The notes below the pieces were generated by a model that had not been told where the DNA came from, did not search any database, and worked only from the letters and a program-made list of their open reading frames with translations. A DNA stretch of 64,000 bases, from the NCBI GenBank assembly GCA_047285805.1, contig JBJBCN010000002.1:1120001-1184000 (forward strand), given 5' to 3'. The DNA is from Synechococcus sp. GTDB lineage: Bacteria; Cyanobacteriota; Cyanobacteriia; PCC-6307; Cyanobiaceae. A program made the position numbers and the translations under genes. Positions 1 through 10,177 of this stretch are shown here, piece after piece. Each line of letters begins with the position of its first letter. Position 1 is the first letter of the stretch.

Positions 1-365
1 CGTGGAACAGCTCCCCGCCGATCCCTGGGATGTGTCTTTCCCAGGCTGGCTGGATGAGGAGGGCATCCATTGGCGTGATGGAGTGCAACGTCTTGAACAA
101 CCTTGAAGACAAGGCACAGCGGAGCATCGAATTTGGCAGGATCAGTACAATTCACAGTGGCAAGGGTGGATCACGCAGGCAACGACGCAGTCTTTCCCTC
201 GACCAACACAGGCCGTCCGTCCTCCGCTGACGAGCCCCGCAGCGAGATCAGCACGAGCGCCCTCTCGATGATGGTGAGCTCGATGGTCCACATGGTTCAA
301 GCCGGCCAGACCCAGACAGACAGCAATTGGTCCGCTTAAGTCGTCAGCAAAGGCCCTGAACGCCA

Positions 366-812
366 ATGCGAGCGACCGTTCTGTTTTGCCTCGTCACTCC
401 TGTACTGGTCTCAGCCCCCTCGGCCAGGGCCCACGGCATTGAGACGAGCATCAACCGGCTCGAGAGCCTCAACGCCGCTCTAGTGCTACGAAGCCAGTTC
501 TCAACGGGTGAGCCCACCACCGATGCATTGGTGCGACTGATTGGCCCGGACGGCAGCCAGCACGAGCTAGGGCGAACCGATACCGCGGGGCGCCTCAGCT
601 TCTCCCTACCGACAGGCAGCCAAGGCGCTTGGGAGGTGCAAGTCGATGGCGGCCCAGGCCACCGCGACTACCTGGAAATGTCCGTCCAGGCCGGTGAAGT
701 GCAGCTCGATCAAATCAGCACCGGCCACCAACCGCGGCCCCTGATCTGGCTCAGTACCTTCAGTACGACTGCCATGCTGATGGGACTTCAGCGCATGCGA
801 CGCAACCGTTAA
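366..812 (+). CDS. Exported/membrane-anchored protein, possibly a Ni/Co transport accessory (NikL/CbiL-like)
   Basis: Signal peptide ending A-R-A|H-G, TDxxG motif, DGGPGH, C-terminal hydrophobic anchor. Confidence 0.5.
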   Translation: MRATVLFCLVTPVLVSAPSARAHGIETSINRLESLNAALVLRSQFSTGEPTTDALVRLIGPDGSQHELGRTDTAGRLSFSLPTGSQGAWEVQVDGGPGHRDYLEMSVQAGEVQLDQISTGHQPRPLIWLSTFSTTAMLMGLQRMRRNR

Positions 813-1234
813 TGGCCACCGGCAGCCAAAAGCTCGATCAAATCGTTGACCGCCTCAAAGGCACCGCCGATCCGAAGCGGCGCTACGAATACGTGCTCTG
901 GCTCGCCAAGAAGCTCGAGCCCCTGCCAGAGGAATTCCGCAACGAAGTCTTCAAGGTCAAAGGTTGCGTGTCCCAGGTGTACGTCGTCGGACAACTGGTG
1001 GACGGCGGGCTCCATTGGCAGGGCGATAGTGATGCCGCCATCACCAAAGGCCTGCTGGCCCTGCTGATCGAGGGCACCGAGGGCCTCGATCCGAGCGCCA
1101 TGGCCGGCCTTGACCCGACCTTCTTGAGTGAAACGGGTCTGCAGGCCAGCCTGACCCCCTCCCGAGCCAATGGCTTTCTGAACATCTTCAAGATGATGCA
1201 GGCCCAGGCCTGCGCCCTGACCCCCGCGGCGTAA
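812..1234 (+). CDS. sufE: SufE family Fe-S assembly sulfur acceptor
   Basis: KVKGCVSQV catalytic Cys motif, GDSDA, LTPSRANG. Confidence 0.93.
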   Translation: MATGSQKLDQIVDRLKGTADPKRRYEYVLWLAKKLEPLPEEFRNEVFKVKGCVSQVYVVGQLVDGGLHWQGDSDAAITKGLLALLIEGTEGLDPSAMAGLDPTFLSETGLQASLTPSRANGFLNIFKMMQAQACALTPAA

Positions 1235-1283
1235 ATCCGGGGAGGTCGATTTCTAGGATCACTTCTTTCGGATCGGCGACAGG

Positions 1284-2594
1284 ATGACCATCGGCATCGG
1301 CTTGCTCGGGCTCGGCACTGTGGGAGCAGGCGTTGCGGAAATCCTGCAAACCCCTGACAGTCGCCACCCGCTCGTGGGAAATCTGGCGCTCAAACGCGTG
1401 GCCGTCAGGGATCTGAACCGCCCTCGGCCCATCGATCTCCCCAGCGACATCCTTTGCACCGACCCTGAAGCGGTCGTCCAGGACCCCGCCGTTGACATCG
1501 TCGTTGAGGTCATGGGTGGCCTGGAGCCCGCCCGCAGCCTGATCCTGGCGGCGATTGCGGCCGGGAAGCCGGTCGTCACGGCCAACAAGGCTGTGATCGC
1601 GCGCCACGGCGAAGAAATTGCGGCAGCCGCCGCCGAGAAAGGTGTCTACGTACTGATCGAAGCCGCCGTGGGCGGCGGAATCCCCATCATCGAACCCCTC
1701 AAGCAGTCCCTGGGGGGAAACCGGATCCAGCGGGTGAGCGGAATCATCAACGGCACCACCAACTACATACTCAGCCGGATGGCCGATGAGGGCGCGGCCT
1801 ACGCCGAGGTGCTGGCTGACGCCCAACGTCTGGGTTACGCCGAAGCCGATCCGGCCGCCGATGTGGGCGGTGGTGATGCAGCAGACAAGATTGCCATCCT
1901 CTCGGGCCTGGCCTACGGGGGACCGATCGAGCGCGCGGCAATTCCAACCAAAGGCATCGATCGCCTGGATGGCTGCGATGTGAACTACGCCGAGCAACTG
2001 GGCTATGTGGTGAAACTCGTCGCCCAAGCCAAGAACCTCGGCACCGCAAGCGATGGCACTGTCCAGCTGGATGTTCGGGTGAGTCCTACCCTGCTGCCGA
2101 AGGATCACCCCCTCGCCGGCGTGCATGGCGTGAACAACGCGATTCTGGTGGAAGGCGACCCCGTCGGTCGCGTGATGTTCTACGGCCCCGGCGCAGGATC
2201 CGGCCCCACCGCATCCGCCGTGGTCGCGGACATCTTGAACATCGCCGGCATCCGCGCTGCAACGGGAAACAACGGCGGACTCGACCCCCTCTTGGCGGCA
2301 AACCGCTGGCGCAACTGTGCCCTGGTGGATGCCGGAGAAACCATGCAACGGCACTACGTGCGCCTGCAAACCGGCGATGAAGCCGGGGTGATCGGCCTCA
2401 TTGGGAGCTGCTTTGGCGACCAGGGCGTCTCGATTCGCTCGATCGTCCAGTTCGAAACCACCGGGGATGCGGCCGACGCCGAAATCGTGGTGATCACCCA
2501 TGAGGTGAAACAGCAGCACTTCGCCCAGGCCCTGGGTGCGATCAAGGCGCTGCCCGAGGTGAAAGCCGTCGCGGCCTGCCTACCCACGCTCTAG
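1284..2594 (+). CDS. hom: Homoserine dehydrogenase with C-terminal ACT domain
   Basis: GLGTVG Rossmann motif, VVTANKA, EAAVGGGIP, GIINGTTNYIL, GYAEADP. Confidence 0.96.
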   Translation: MTIGIGLLGLGTVGAGVAEILQTPDSRHPLVGNLALKRVAVRDLNRPRPIDLPSDILCTDPEAVVQDPAVDIVVEVMGGLEPARSLILAAIAAGKPVVTANKAVIARHGEEIAAAAAEKGVYVLIEAAVGGGIPIIEPLKQSLGGNRIQRVSGIINGTTNYILSRMADEGAAYAEVLADAQRLGYAEADPAADVGGGDAADKIAILSGLAYGGPIERAAIPTKGIDRLDGCDVNYAEQLGYVVKLVAQAKNLGTASDGTVQLDVRVSPTLLPKDHPLAGVHGVNNAILVEGDPVGRVMFYGPGAGSGPTASAVVADILNIAGIRAATGNNGGLDPLLAANRWRNCALVDAGETMQRHYVRLQTGDEAGVIGLIGSCFGDQGVSIRSIVQFETTGDAADAEIVVITHEVKQQHFAQALGAIKALPEVKAVAACLPTL

Positions 2595-2756
2595 TGGCAG
2601 CCCCAGGGGCACCTGGGCCAGAGTCGGGGAACCGGTTGGTGCCGTTCCCCTGACCCAAACGCCGTTCTGTAGCTCTCCGAACGTTTTGAGCGCAGACAAC
2701 GCGGAACCCTGGGCGCGTCAGCTGGTTTGCGCTTCGGCCTCACCCCTCCGTTGGCC

Positions 2757-2957
2757 ATGACCTCAGTTAGCACCTTTCATCAAGGCGATTGCGTCACTCT
2801 CGTGAGCGACTCGCATACGTACCAAGTGGTTGGCATTGATAACAGCCACAACCGCTGCTGGGTGCGGCGCTGGCCCCTCGCCCGCCACGGGTGTCCCGTC
2901 TTTGAAATTTCCCTGCAACAGCTCGAGGGACACCGAGCCATCACCTCCGCAAATTGA
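2757..2957 (+). CDS. Small hypothetical protein (picocyanobacterial type)
   Basis: Compact ORF with YQVVGID..RCWVRRWP; fills the gap before the ABC operon. Confidence 0.6.
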   Translation: MTSVSTFHQGDCVTLVSDSHTYQVVGIDNSHNRCWVRRWPLARHGCPVFEISLQQLEGHRAITSAN

Positions 2958-4576
2958 AGACTTGGGGCTTGAATGGGGCGGCTGAAGCTAAGCGCCCCAT
3001 CACTCGCCTCCCCGCTGCTGCCGGCCTTTTGGCCCTGTTGCCGGCTCTGCAGCTGTTGATGGGCTGCCAGCCACCCCATCCCGCCGGTCAGCTGGTGGTG
3101 GCCAACAAGAGCAGCCTGGATTCTGTCGATCCGGTCGATGTCTATCTTCTGGCCGGAACGCAACTGCTCAGCGCCGTTGGTGACCCCCTGTACGCCGCCG
3201 ATCGGCAAGGTCAACTCCAACCACGCCTGGCGACGGCACTGCCGCAATTCAGCGCCGACGGCCTCAGCGCTCGAATCCCCCTGCGCCAAGGCGTGCGCTT
3301 CCACGACGGAACCCGCTTCGATGCCGAGGCGATGGTGTTCAACCTCAATCGCTTCCGCCGCCTCGGAAAACTGAGCTACCTGCTGGACGACCGCATCGCA
3401 TCGGTGCGCAGCGTCGGGCCTTACACAATTGAAGTCCGCCTGACGCGGCCCTACCGCGCCCTCGCGGCGCTTCTGAGTTCGATCACCTTCACTCCGGTTT
3501 CACCCACCGCCTACCGGGACTACAGCGAGCGCTCCCTGACGGGGCGGTTTGTAGGGACCGGTCCCTACCGCTTGGCCAGCTACAGCCCGCGCAAACAGCA
3601 GCTGCTGCCATTTGAGGACTACTGGGGGACGCCCGCCAAAAACGCCGGGATCCACCTGATCACCCTGAGCAACTCCACCGCTTTATTTGGCTCCCTGGTC
3701 AGCGGCGAGGTGGACGTCTTGATCTCGAGTGGGCTCGAGAGCGACCAACAGGAGGCCCTTGATGCCCGCGTTTCCCGCGGGGAACTCGTCAGCGGAGCCG
3801 GTCCGGCCATCGAGATCGCTTTGATGGCCCTCAACAGCCAACGCAGCCCGTTTAACCGCAGTGACCTGCGGCAGGCGGTGGCCCTGAGCCTGGATCGCCA
3901 GCTGATTAGCCAACGGGTGAGCTTTGGCCTGAGTGAACCCCTGCGCTCCCTTGTGCCGCCACCTCTGGCAGGCTCCACCCCCCCGAGCTGGCCGGCATAT
4001 TCCCCCAAGGCCGCTCGGGCGCTCTACAAGCAGGCCGGCTTCTGCAACGGGAACCGGCTGACACTTCCGCTGACCTTCCGGTCGAACCACGCCTCCGATC
4101 GCCTCTTTGCCCTCACCTGGCAGGCGCAATTGCGCCGCGACCTGGGGGACTGTGTGCGGCTGGAGATCACCGGGATGGAATCCACCAGCGCCTACCGGCA
4201 GCTGGCCCAGGGGGTCTTCCCGATGATCATTTACGACTGGATTGGGGATTACCCCGACCCGGACACCTACCTGGCCCCGCTGCTGGGCTGCCGCAGGAGA
4301 ACGGGCGACCATTGCCTCGCAGGCAGCAGCGTGGACTCGGGCAGCTTCTGGACAGCGCCCGGCCTGCAAGTGCAGCTTCAGGCCAGTGAGAGCCGCACGG
4401 GAGCGGCCCGCCAGAGCAGCCTGCTCACGGTCCAGCGGATGGCTGCCAAGGGCGCCTCGTTTGTTCCCCTGTGGCAGGTCAATGCCCGCGCCTGGGGACA
4501 ACGGAACCTGAGCGCACCTCAATTTGATGGGTCCGGCCGGGTGATCCTGCAGACGCTAGAGATGGTGAAGCAGTGA
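2954..4576 (+). CDS. dppA: Peptide/nickel ABC transporter substrate-binding lipoprotein (family 5)
   Basis: Lipobox LMGC, LRQGVRFHDGT, GTGPY, WIGDYPDPD; start uncertain. Confidence 0.88.
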   Translation: MKTWGLNGAAEAKRPITRLPAAAGLLALLPALQLLMGCQPPHPAGQLVVANKSSLDSVDPVDVYLLAGTQLLSAVGDPLYAADRQGQLQPRLATALPQFSADGLSARIPLRQGVRFHDGTRFDAEAMVFNLNRFRRLGKLSYLLDDRIASVRSVGPYTIEVRLTRPYRALAALLSSITFTPVSPTAYRDYSERSLTGRFVGTGPYRLASYSPRKQQLLPFEDYWGTPAKNAGIHLITLSNSTALFGSLVSGEVDVLISSGLESDQQEALDARVSRGELVSGAGPAIEIALMALNSQRSPFNRSDLRQAVALSLDRQLISQRVSFGLSEPLRSLVPPPLAGSTPPSWPAYSPKAARALYKQAGFCNGNRLTLPLTFRSNHASDRLFALTWQAQLRRDLGDCVRLEITGMESTSAYRQLAQGVFPMIIYDWIGDYPDPDTYLAPLLGCRRRTGDHCLAGSSVDSGSFWTAPGLQVQLQASESRTGAARQSSLLTVQRMAAKGASFVPLWQVNARAWGQRNLSAPQFDGSGRVILQTLEMVKQ

Positions 4577-5592
4577 ACCGCCGCCATCACCTCTGGGGCT
4601 ACCTGCTGAGCCGCCTGGCCCTCGTGCCCGTGATGCTCTGGCTGATTGCCAGCCTGGTGTTCCTGTTGCTGCGGGTTGCCCCCGGCGATCCGATCGACGC
4701 CCTGCTCGGTCCCCGGGCTCCGCAGGCCGCGCGGGAGGCCCTGCGGCAGCAACTGGGGCTCGACCAGAGCCTGCCTGTGCAATACGGCCAGTACCTCAAC
4801 GACCTTCTGCACGGCCAACTGGGGACGTCCCTGACCAACCAGGAACCCGTGACCACGGTGATCGCGCGCAGCCTTGCCGCCAGCCTGGAACTCGGTCTAA
4901 CAGCGCTGCTGATCGCGGCGGTTGTCGGACTTGCCGTGGGGTTCAGCGGCATTGCCAGACCGGAGGGCAAGCTCGACCTCTCCGCCCGGCTCTATGGCAT
5001 CGGCACCTACGCAATGCCCCCGTTTTGGGCCGCGATGTTGGTGCAGCTGGTCTTCGCGGTCTGGCTGGGTTGGCTCCCTGTAGGCGGGCGCTTTCCCGCC
5101 ACCTTGATCCCGCCGGAGGGCAGTGGCTTTTATCTGCTCGACAGCCTGCTGCAGTGCAACGGCCAACAGTTTTGGGGCGCGATCCGGCATCTCGTTCTGC
5201 CGGCCAGCACCCTGGGGATCCTGCTCAGCGGCATCTTCGCCAACGCCCTACGCCTCAATCTGCGGCGGGCCTTGGATTCCGACTACGTAGAGGCGGCCCG
5301 CAGCAGGGGACTCAGCGAAACCCGCGTGGTCCTTCGCCATGCCCTGCCAAATGCCATTCTGCCGGTGCTTACGATTGCAGGTATCACCGTGGCGTCTCTG
5401 ATCGGTGGAGCCCTACTGATCGAGGTGACCTACTCCTGGCCAGGGGTGGCCTACCGGCTTCAAGAAGCCATCAGCCAACGAAACTACCCGGTCGTCCAGG
5501 GAATAGTCGTGGTGGTGGCCAGCCTCGTCGTGGCAGTCAGCGTGCTGGTGGATCTGCTGGTGGCTCTGCTGGATCCACGCGTGAAGTTCTGA
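4573..5592 (+). CDS. dppB: Peptide ABC transporter permease
   Basis: PGDP N-terminus, DYVEAARSRGL EAA loop, HALPNA, LDPRV C-terminus. Confidence 0.92.
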   Translation: MNRRHHLWGYLLSRLALVPVMLWLIASLVFLLLRVAPGDPIDALLGPRAPQAAREALRQQLGLDQSLPVQYGQYLNDLLHGQLGTSLTNQEPVTTVIARSLAASLELGLTALLIAAVVGLAVGFSGIARPEGKLDLSARLYGIGTYAMPPFWAAMLVQLVFAVWLGWLPVGGRFPATLIPPEGSGFYLLDSLLQCNGQQFWGAIRHLVLPASTLGILLSGIFANALRLNLRRALDSDYVEAARSRGLSETRVVLRHALPNAILPVLTIAGITVASLIGGALLIEVTYSWPGVAYRLQEAISQRNYPVVQGIVVVVASLVVAVSVLVDLLVALLDPRVKF

Positions 5593-7198
5593 CCTCGATC
5601 CGGTTCTCCCAGAGCTGGGCCAGCTCATGATCGAGCACATAGGCGCTCACCCCACCCAGGTCCCGGCGCTGGGGCGCGAGTTCCCGTTTCACCCCGCCTG
5701 GATCCAAGCCCCACAAGAACTCACTGCTCAAGCTCAAGATCAAGTTCTGAACCCGCGTGGGATCAACGCCAACCCACTCCTCGCCAAACTTGAACAAGGG
5801 CGCCTCGCTGCTCGGCTGCATGCGCACGGGGGAGAAGTGGCTGGCTCCCTCGAGCAGCACCAAACGGCTACGGGGATTGGGATCGGGCAGGAACAAGCGC
5901 AGCTGCTCGCTTAGGGGGGGCGTTATCAGATCCAGACTCCCGCCCAGCATCAACACAGGAGCCTCCAGCCCCCGCAAACCGCGATGGGGCCAGAGCAAGC
6001 TGCCAAATCCGTTGAGGGTGACGACGCCCGCGATCGGCTGGGCCAGCGGTTGCACTGCCGGTAGGGGCACCTCGGGAAGTTGGCACTGCAGCAGGCGCGA
6101 AAGGTTGATCAGCGGCAAGCCCGCCAGCGATCTCTTGCAACGGCGCTGCAGACCGGGCTCAGGACGCAGACCAGCCGCCAAGAGGCTCGTCAGCCCGGCC
6201 AGGGAATGGCCCAGCAGAACCACCCGCTGCCCCAACCCAGGCAATCCACCCGAGTGAGCCGCAGCCACAACGGCCTGCAGGTCCCGGACGCGCCCAGGAA
6301 GGGTCTCGGCACCGGGGGGCAAGCGGCGGCCCTGGACGAGCTCACGCACCGCCAGCTCATTACTGCCGGGGTGATCCAGCAACACCACGGGCCACTTCCG
6401 CTCATGCAGGGCCTCAGCAAACCAGCGCAGCTGATCTGTGCTGCCCCCCAAGCCGGGCATCAAGAGCACCCAGGTGGTCGCCCCATGGACAGGCCAGAGC
6501 TCCAGCGTCAGGACCTCCTGGCGATGCGAGACCGGCAGACGCCAGCGCTGCGACGCCCGATTAGCTGCCGAGCCCTGCTGCTCCAGGAAGACCCCGTCGG
6601 AGAGAGGCAACAGCGGCGTGCCGTGGGGTAGCGGCAGGGTTTGCAGCGCCTGAAGGGCCACCTTCTGCTCGAACAACTGCCGCTGCCAGCCTTCGGCCAA
6701 CTGCTGAAGACCGTCCAGGTTGATCGTGAGCTGTCGAACCGGAAGCGCCCGCATTAACTCGAGCACGGTCACCTGCTGCTGCTCTTTGAGCAGGGCGTTC
6801 AAGGTACTGAGCACCAGGGGGCCTGCATTGCCGTTCTCCGTGCTGAGCAGGACGCCCAACTCTTCGGAAACGCGCTGGCCGGCCCAGCTGCGCATCATCT
6901 GCTGGGTAAAGCTGCGCTGCTGCACCAAAGAGGTGTTCAGCAGCTGATGCAACTGCGCTTGGCTTTGGGGATCCAACAAGTTGAGCCAGACCCGGAGCTC
7001 ACCAGAGCGGGTCTCCGGATCACGGCTCCAGCGTTCGAGCTCGGCGAGGTTCAGGGGGAGATCCAGTCCATCGAGGCGGATGTCGAGTTCTTCGGCGGCC
7101 TGGAACGGCGGAGCCACCAGCGCTCCGAAGGAGAGAACACCAGCTAGCAGACTGCTGCACAGTGCACGGCGGCGACGCAAGCGGGTTGGCTCAACCAC
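5537..7198 (-). CDS. DUF1400-containing alpha/beta hydrolase
   Basis: AEEL..LDG N-terminal domain, PGLGG, GHSLAG nucleophile elbow, D and H downstream; start uncertain. Confidence 0.8.
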   Translation of the reverse strand: MVEPTRLRRRRALCSSLLAGVLSFGALVAPPFQAAEELDIRLDGLDLPLNLAELERWSRDPETRSGELRVWLNLLDPQSQAQLHQLLNTSLVQQRSFTQQMMRSWAGQRVSEELGVLLSTENGNAGPLVLSTLNALLKEQQQVTVLELMRALPVRQLTINLDGLQQLAEGWQRQLFEQKVALQALQTLPLPHGTPLLPLSDGVFLEQQGSAANRASQRWRLPVSHRQEVLTLELWPVHGATTWVLLMPGLGGSTDQLRWFAEALHERKWPVVLLDHPGSNELAVRELVQGRRLPPGAETLPGRVRDLQAVVAAAHSGGLPGLGQRVVLLGHSLAGLTSLLAAGLRPEPGLQRRCKRSLAGLPLINLSRLLQCQLPEVPLPAVQPLAQPIAGVVTLNGFGSLLWPHRGLRGLEAPVLMLGGSLDLITPPLSEQLRLFLPDPNPRSRLVLLEGASHFSPVRMQPSSEAPLFKFGEEWVGVDPTRVQNLILSLSSEFLWGLDPGGVKRELAPQRRDLGGVSAYVLDHELAQLWENRIEVRTSRVDPAEPPADPPAR

Positions 7199-7200
7199 GG

Positions 7201-8418
7201 ATGCAGGCAACAGGCTGGAGCTGGTGGCACCAGTTTCCCCCGGCATTGAGGGAACTGGCCACTGTTCGTCTGGTTGCCAGTTTTGGCGCCGGGGGGATTT
7301 TGTATCTCACTCCGATGGTGTTTCACCAACAGGAGTTCAGCGCCGCCTCAATTGGACTGGGCTTAGCCCTTGCCGCCCTGGCTGGAACGATCGGGCGCTT
7401 CATCAGTGGGGCCCTGCTCGACAAAGGCCGCAGCTGCGGAACGCCCGTACTGCTCGCCGCGGCCTGCGGGTTTGCCGGAGATAGCTTCCTACTGCAAGCC
7501 AGCACCATGAAGGGCTACGTCGCCGGCCAGCTATGCATCGGCATGGCCGGCGGTCTGTACTGGCCAGCAGTGGAACTCGCCGTACCGCAATGCGCCCAGC
7601 CCCTGCCCTCCGCCAAGGGCTATGCCCTCGTGCGCAGCACCGATGCCCTTGGCGTTGCCACCGGGACGCTTTCAGGGTCGCTGTTTGCGGCCGCGGGGCT
7701 GTTGCGAGGCGTCTACGGGATTGATATCGCGGCGGTGATCGCCCTGGCGGTTCTGCTGCTACTCAAACCACTTCCTCGGGCAGCGAAATCCAGCGACAGC
7801 GGAGAGGGAAAACTTCCCCTGCGCCAATGGCTTCCAGCCCTAGTGCCCATGTTGGCCATTTCGGTTGTAGCCACGTCGATGCCAGCCTTGATGCAGAGCG
7901 CCCTACCGTTGGACTTGGTGCGCGGCGGACTGAACCGAGCCGGGCAACCTGAAAGTTTGAGCGCCCTGCTCATCGGCCTGCAATTGGGCCTGTTGGTCTT
8001 GATTCAATGGCCCGTGGGTCGGGCCCTGGCCCTGCGCCCAGTGGGGGTGGGCCTGGGACTGAGCTTGGTCTGCTTCATCGGCGGGACCCTGCTGTTGGCG
8101 GCCTCAGCCTTCAGCAGTCAGGGCATTGCGCTTGTGGTGGTCGCCCTGGCAGTGGTCGCCCTCGGGCAGGCCGCGTTTTTGCCGACAGCGACGGAGGCGG
8201 TCATCGAGCTCAGTCCAAAGGGGCATGGCGGCTTGGCGATGGCCCTCTTTTCCCAATGCTTTGCTATCAGCGCCTTTGCCGCACCGCTGCTGGCGGGGGT
8301 TCTGTTAGATCGCCATGGCCATGGCGTCCGCCTTTGGCTGACCACGGCCATCACGTGCGGCCTCAGTCTGCTCTTAGTCGGACCAGTTCAGCGCCGCTCG
8401 AAAAGGCGACCTACTTAG
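7201..8418 (+). CDS. MFS transporter
   Basis: About 12 hydrophobic segments, G.LLD.GR loop motif. Confidence 0.85.
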   Translation: MQATGWSWWHQFPPALRELATVRLVASFGAGGILYLTPMVFHQQEFSAASIGLGLALAALAGTIGRFISGALLDKGRSCGTPVLLAAACGFAGDSFLLQASTMKGYVAGQLCIGMAGGLYWPAVELAVPQCAQPLPSAKGYALVRSTDALGVATGTLSGSLFAAAGLLRGVYGIDIAAVIALAVLLLLKPLPRAAKSSDSGEGKLPLRQWLPALVPMLAISVVATSMPALMQSALPLDLVRGGLNRAGQPESLSALLIGLQLGLLVLIQWPVGRALALRPVGVGLGLSLVCFIGGTLLLAASAFSSQGIALVVVALAVVALGQAAFLPTATEAVIELSPKGHGGLAMALFSQCFAISAFAAPLLAGVLLDRHGHGVRLWLTTAITCGLSLLLVGPVQRRSKRRPT

Positions 8419-8585
8419 GCCTTGTTCTTGGCGACCCAGGCTTCGTGCGGAAGGGGCTCGGTGCCGTACTCCCAGTCGTCGTAGTCGGGATCGTTGCGGA
8501 TCTGCTGGTGCAGCTCCTTCTGACTGTCGAAATCGTGGGATTGACGGTCGTCACCGGTGGTTTCAGGGGTGGGGTGGGCCGTCAT
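8415..8585 (-). CDS. Small acidic hypothetical protein (56 aa, DPDYDDWEYGTEP)
   Basis: Translated by hand: MTAHPTPETTGDDRQSHDFDSQKELHQQIRNDPDYDDWEYGTEPLPHEAWVAKNKA; below the ORF-track cutoff. Confidence 0.55.
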   Translation of the reverse strand: MTAHPTPETTGDDRQSHDFDSQKELHQQIRNDPDYDDWEYGTEPLPHEAWVAKNKA

Positions 8586-8779
8586 GGCAAACCTGGGACT
8601 TGCGTCATTCTGGAACAGCTACTTCGATTTGGAAGGGAGTAGCCGCAACCAAGCCCAGAAGAGAAACGCCACCGGAAGCATCGCGAGCAGCAGCAGGATC
8701 AGCACAAAACGCAGTTCCTCGTCCACCGAATCCGGGCCCTCTCCGCGAGACTGATGCTGACGGATGCCCCAATCCCCTG

Positions 8780-8953
8780 ATGCATCAGCTCTGGCTGCTG
8801 GTTCCCTGGGCCGTCTTCGCCCTGGCCGCAGGGGTGAAGTTTTGGAGGTTGACGCGGCCGTTTCGGCGGCAAGTCGGAGAACCCAGCACCGAGCAGGTTC
8901 GCGCCTCCCTTGAGCGCCGCTGGCAGGCGGACCAGGGGGAACTCAGTGAATAG
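8780..8953 (+). CDS. Small membrane protein
   Basis: MHQLWLLVPWAVFALAAGVKFWR, single TM followed by a basic tail. Confidence 0.6.
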   Translation: MHQLWLLVPWAVFALAAGVKFWRLTRPFRRQVGEPSTEQVRASLERRWQADQGELSE

Positions 8954-9416
8954 TGGCCGAGGGACGCTGCCCCGCGCAGGCCAGGCAGCCGCCGTTAATG
9001 CGATACGGCGCCAGGTGATCCCTTAGGCAACGGGTGCCTCGAAAAAACAACACCTGTCCCATTTCGCGGGCATGGGCATCGGTGAGAGGCAAGGCCAACC
9101 AGCTTTCGGGAAACTGCCCCTTGAGGGACTCCCGATTCGCCAGAGCTTCACGCCGGCGCTGCCGCTCTTCCCGATCGTTTTTCGCGCAAACCGCCTCCAC
9201 CTGGAGCTCACGGGAACAGTCCACACAAGCCTGCACCGTGGTTTTTTTTCGCTCCAGGTTGTGGGAGAGCTTGTCACTGGGGACCTCCCGCTCTTTGCCG
9301 CAGCTACAACGGCACCACCAGTAGGCATTCCCAGCCATGGAACGTTTCTCGGACGCGCGCACGACGGTGAGTTGCCCATACACCTGACCAAGGCGATTGC
9401 GCGGCTTGGAAGGCAT
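8943..9416 (-). CDS. Zn-binding hypothetical protein with an N-terminus like HNH/AP2-associated domains
   Basis: GQVYGQLTVV...WWCRCSCG, CxxC and C..H..CxxC clusters. Confidence 0.7.
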   Translation of the reverse strand: MPSKPRNRLGQVYGQLTVVRASEKRSMAGNAYWWCRCSCGKEREVPSDKLSHNLERKKTTVQACVDCSRELQVEAVCAKNDREERQRRREALANRESLKGQFPESWLALPLTDAHAREMGQVLFFRGTRCLRDHLAPYRINGGCLACAGQRPSATIH

Positions 9417-9475
9417 TCAATCCAATGAACTCTGCTAAAAATCCTAGGGAGTGGGATTGAGAAAACACAGGAACA

Positions 9476-9712
9476 ATGACGCGACGCAACAGCGGGCTAA
9501 TACGACTGCTTCTCTCCTCGCTCTGGCTTCTGCTCGGGGTGTTTGCGTTCCTCAGCCTCGCCAAAGTATTCCTTTGGGCATTGAGCTGGTATTTCATTCG
9601 CGCAGCTCTTGCCATTGGGTTGGCGTACTTCGTAATCGATCGTGTACGGAGCCTCCGGCAAATCCAGGACCTGCGGGCTTTGAGCTTACGGGCCTGGCTG
9701 GAAGAGGACTGA
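9476..9712 (+). CDS. Small membrane protein
   Basis: Two hydrophobic helices, directly upstream of arfB. Confidence 0.5.
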   Translation: MTRRNSGLIRLLLSSLWLLLGVFAFLSLAKVFLWALSWYFIRAALAIGLAYFVIDRVRSLRQIQDLRALSLRAWLEED

Positions 9713-9736
9713 TCGCATCCCTTCATCAAGTTCGCC

Positions 9737-10177
9737 ATGGCGAAAAACATTGACCTCATTGTTCATCCGAGCCTGGTAATTCCAGCGGCGGATTTGCAGT
9801 GGTCATTCAGTCGCAGTGCAGGACCAGGTGGTCAAAACGTGAACAAGCTGGAAACGGCTGTCGAGCTCAGTTTTGACATCGCAGGAAGCACGGTTTTGGG
9901 ACCCTTCCAGAAACAACGGCTGCAATCGCGCCTCACCCAGTTGAGGGGCTCAGGCGTGCTTTGCATCCGTGCATCCGTGCACCGGTCGCAATACAAGAAC
10001 CGTTGCCTGGCGCTTGAGAAGATGGCTGAGGCACTGCGGGACGGTCTCAAACCAGACCCCAAACCACGGCGCGCCACCAAGCCCTCGAAAGCCTCCAACC
10101 GAAAACGCCTGGAGGTGAAGAAACTTCGCGGCCATGTCAAACGTAACCGGCAGCAACGTCCCCGGGTTGACGACTGA
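9737..10177 (+). CDS. arfB: Alternative ribosome-rescue peptidyl-tRNA hydrolase ArfB
   Basis: RSAGPGGQNVNK GGQ motif, RSQ..NR, basic C-terminal tail. Confidence 0.93.
   Translation: MAKNIDLIVHPSLVIPAADLQWSFSRSAGPGGQNVNKLETAVELSFDIAGSTVLGPFQKQRLQSRLTQLRGSGVLCIRASVHRSQYKNRCLALEKMAEALRDGLKPDPKPRRATKPSKASNRKRLEVKKLRGHVKRNRQQRPRVDD

Noticed and set aside
140..340. Possible cobalamin or metal riboswitch upstream of the gene at 366
   Set aside because: I could not find the conserved riboswitch elements in the right order and strand; an Rfam scan would be needed.
1188..2519. Long antisense ORFs opposite core genes (also at 3683-4522, 43375-44178, 62578-63291)
   Set aside because: These are shadow ORFs expected from high-GC codon bias opposite well-supported genes.
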